From: Eledone cirrhosa
Taxonomy: Eukaryota
Assembly (NCBI GenBank): GCA_964016885.1
Contig: OZ024746.1
Coordinates: 54,684,001 to 54,748,000, forward strand
Length of the DNA stretch: 64,000 bases
Reading direction: 5' to 3'
Shown here: one piece after another, positions 63,457 to 64,000 of the stretch
Layout: each line of letters opens with the position of its first letter
How positions within the stretch are numbered: position 1 is the stretch's first letter
Notes under the pieces: generated by a model
Database searches by the model: none
Seen by the model: the letters and a program-made list of their open reading frames with translations, nothing else
Told to the model about the DNA's origin: nothing
Made by a program: the position numbers and the translations under genes

Positions 63457-63802
63457 GATATACTAATAATTATTTAAGCTCACCCTAATGTCTGAATAAA
63501 TAGCAGTGTGCATACCTGTAAATGAGGGTATATCTATATATGTCTGTTGTTGCGTATGTATGCTTTCATATGTAAATATGAATGTTTATGCATGTACATC
63601 AGGGCAACTCTCTCTATATATGTATGTTTAAAGGAAATACATAACTTTGGCTCTAAACTGAGATTTGCAAGTTACCTCCCTTACTATTTTTTTAAACCTT
63701 TCTGTTTATGTTAACAAATTTTGAATTGTTTTCGTTAGGGCTCGTATGACTTGATAATCTGACGATTAGGTTCTCAAGAAATTTAGTTGTGAAGTAGTCA
63801 CT

Positions 63803-64000
63803 AGGCGGTGGATTGGCAGCATCCGTAGAGGATCGTACGACATGCTTTGCAGCATAGAGTTATTGCCCTTTACGGTCTGAGTTCAAATCCCGCCGAGGTT
63901 AACTTTGTCTTTCATCTTACGGGATCGATAAAATAAAGCACCAGTAATGTGCTGGGGTAAGTGATAGCCTTGTACCAAAAGTAAAAACAATTATTATTAT
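63803..64000 (+). mobile_element. Full-length SINE-A
   Basis: ggcggtggattggcag..gagttcaaatccc..(att)n. Confidence 0.9.

Overview
Very AT-rich, repeat-saturated animal genomic DNA with no host exon I can support. The SINE families and (TA)n load suggest an octopus/cephalopod intron or intergenic region (inference). Almost all listed ORFs are microsatellite translations. Real content: (1) decayed retroelements, namely a CR1-group LINE (10.2-12.9 kb), an L1/Tx1-like remnant (55.6-57.0 kb), an RTE LINE (60.1-62.0 kb) and Penelope-like element (PLE) RT/GIY-YIG remnants (15.3-15.9, 20.5-22.3, 35.5-35.7, 41.5-42.2 kb). (2) More than 20 tRNA-derived SINE copies, often in head-to-tail arrays. (3) At least ten unrelated short non-coding families inserted into (TA)n tracts, mostly as head-to-head inverted duplications. 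By hand I could fold about 15 intact, variant or decayed type-I hammerhead ribozymes (HHRs) in them, including a U3-A8 core variant and forms with ~110-nt stem II. Also present: a tRNA-headed SINE that behaves like these TA-targeting elements, a 1.7-kb palindrome and several templated-repair scars.
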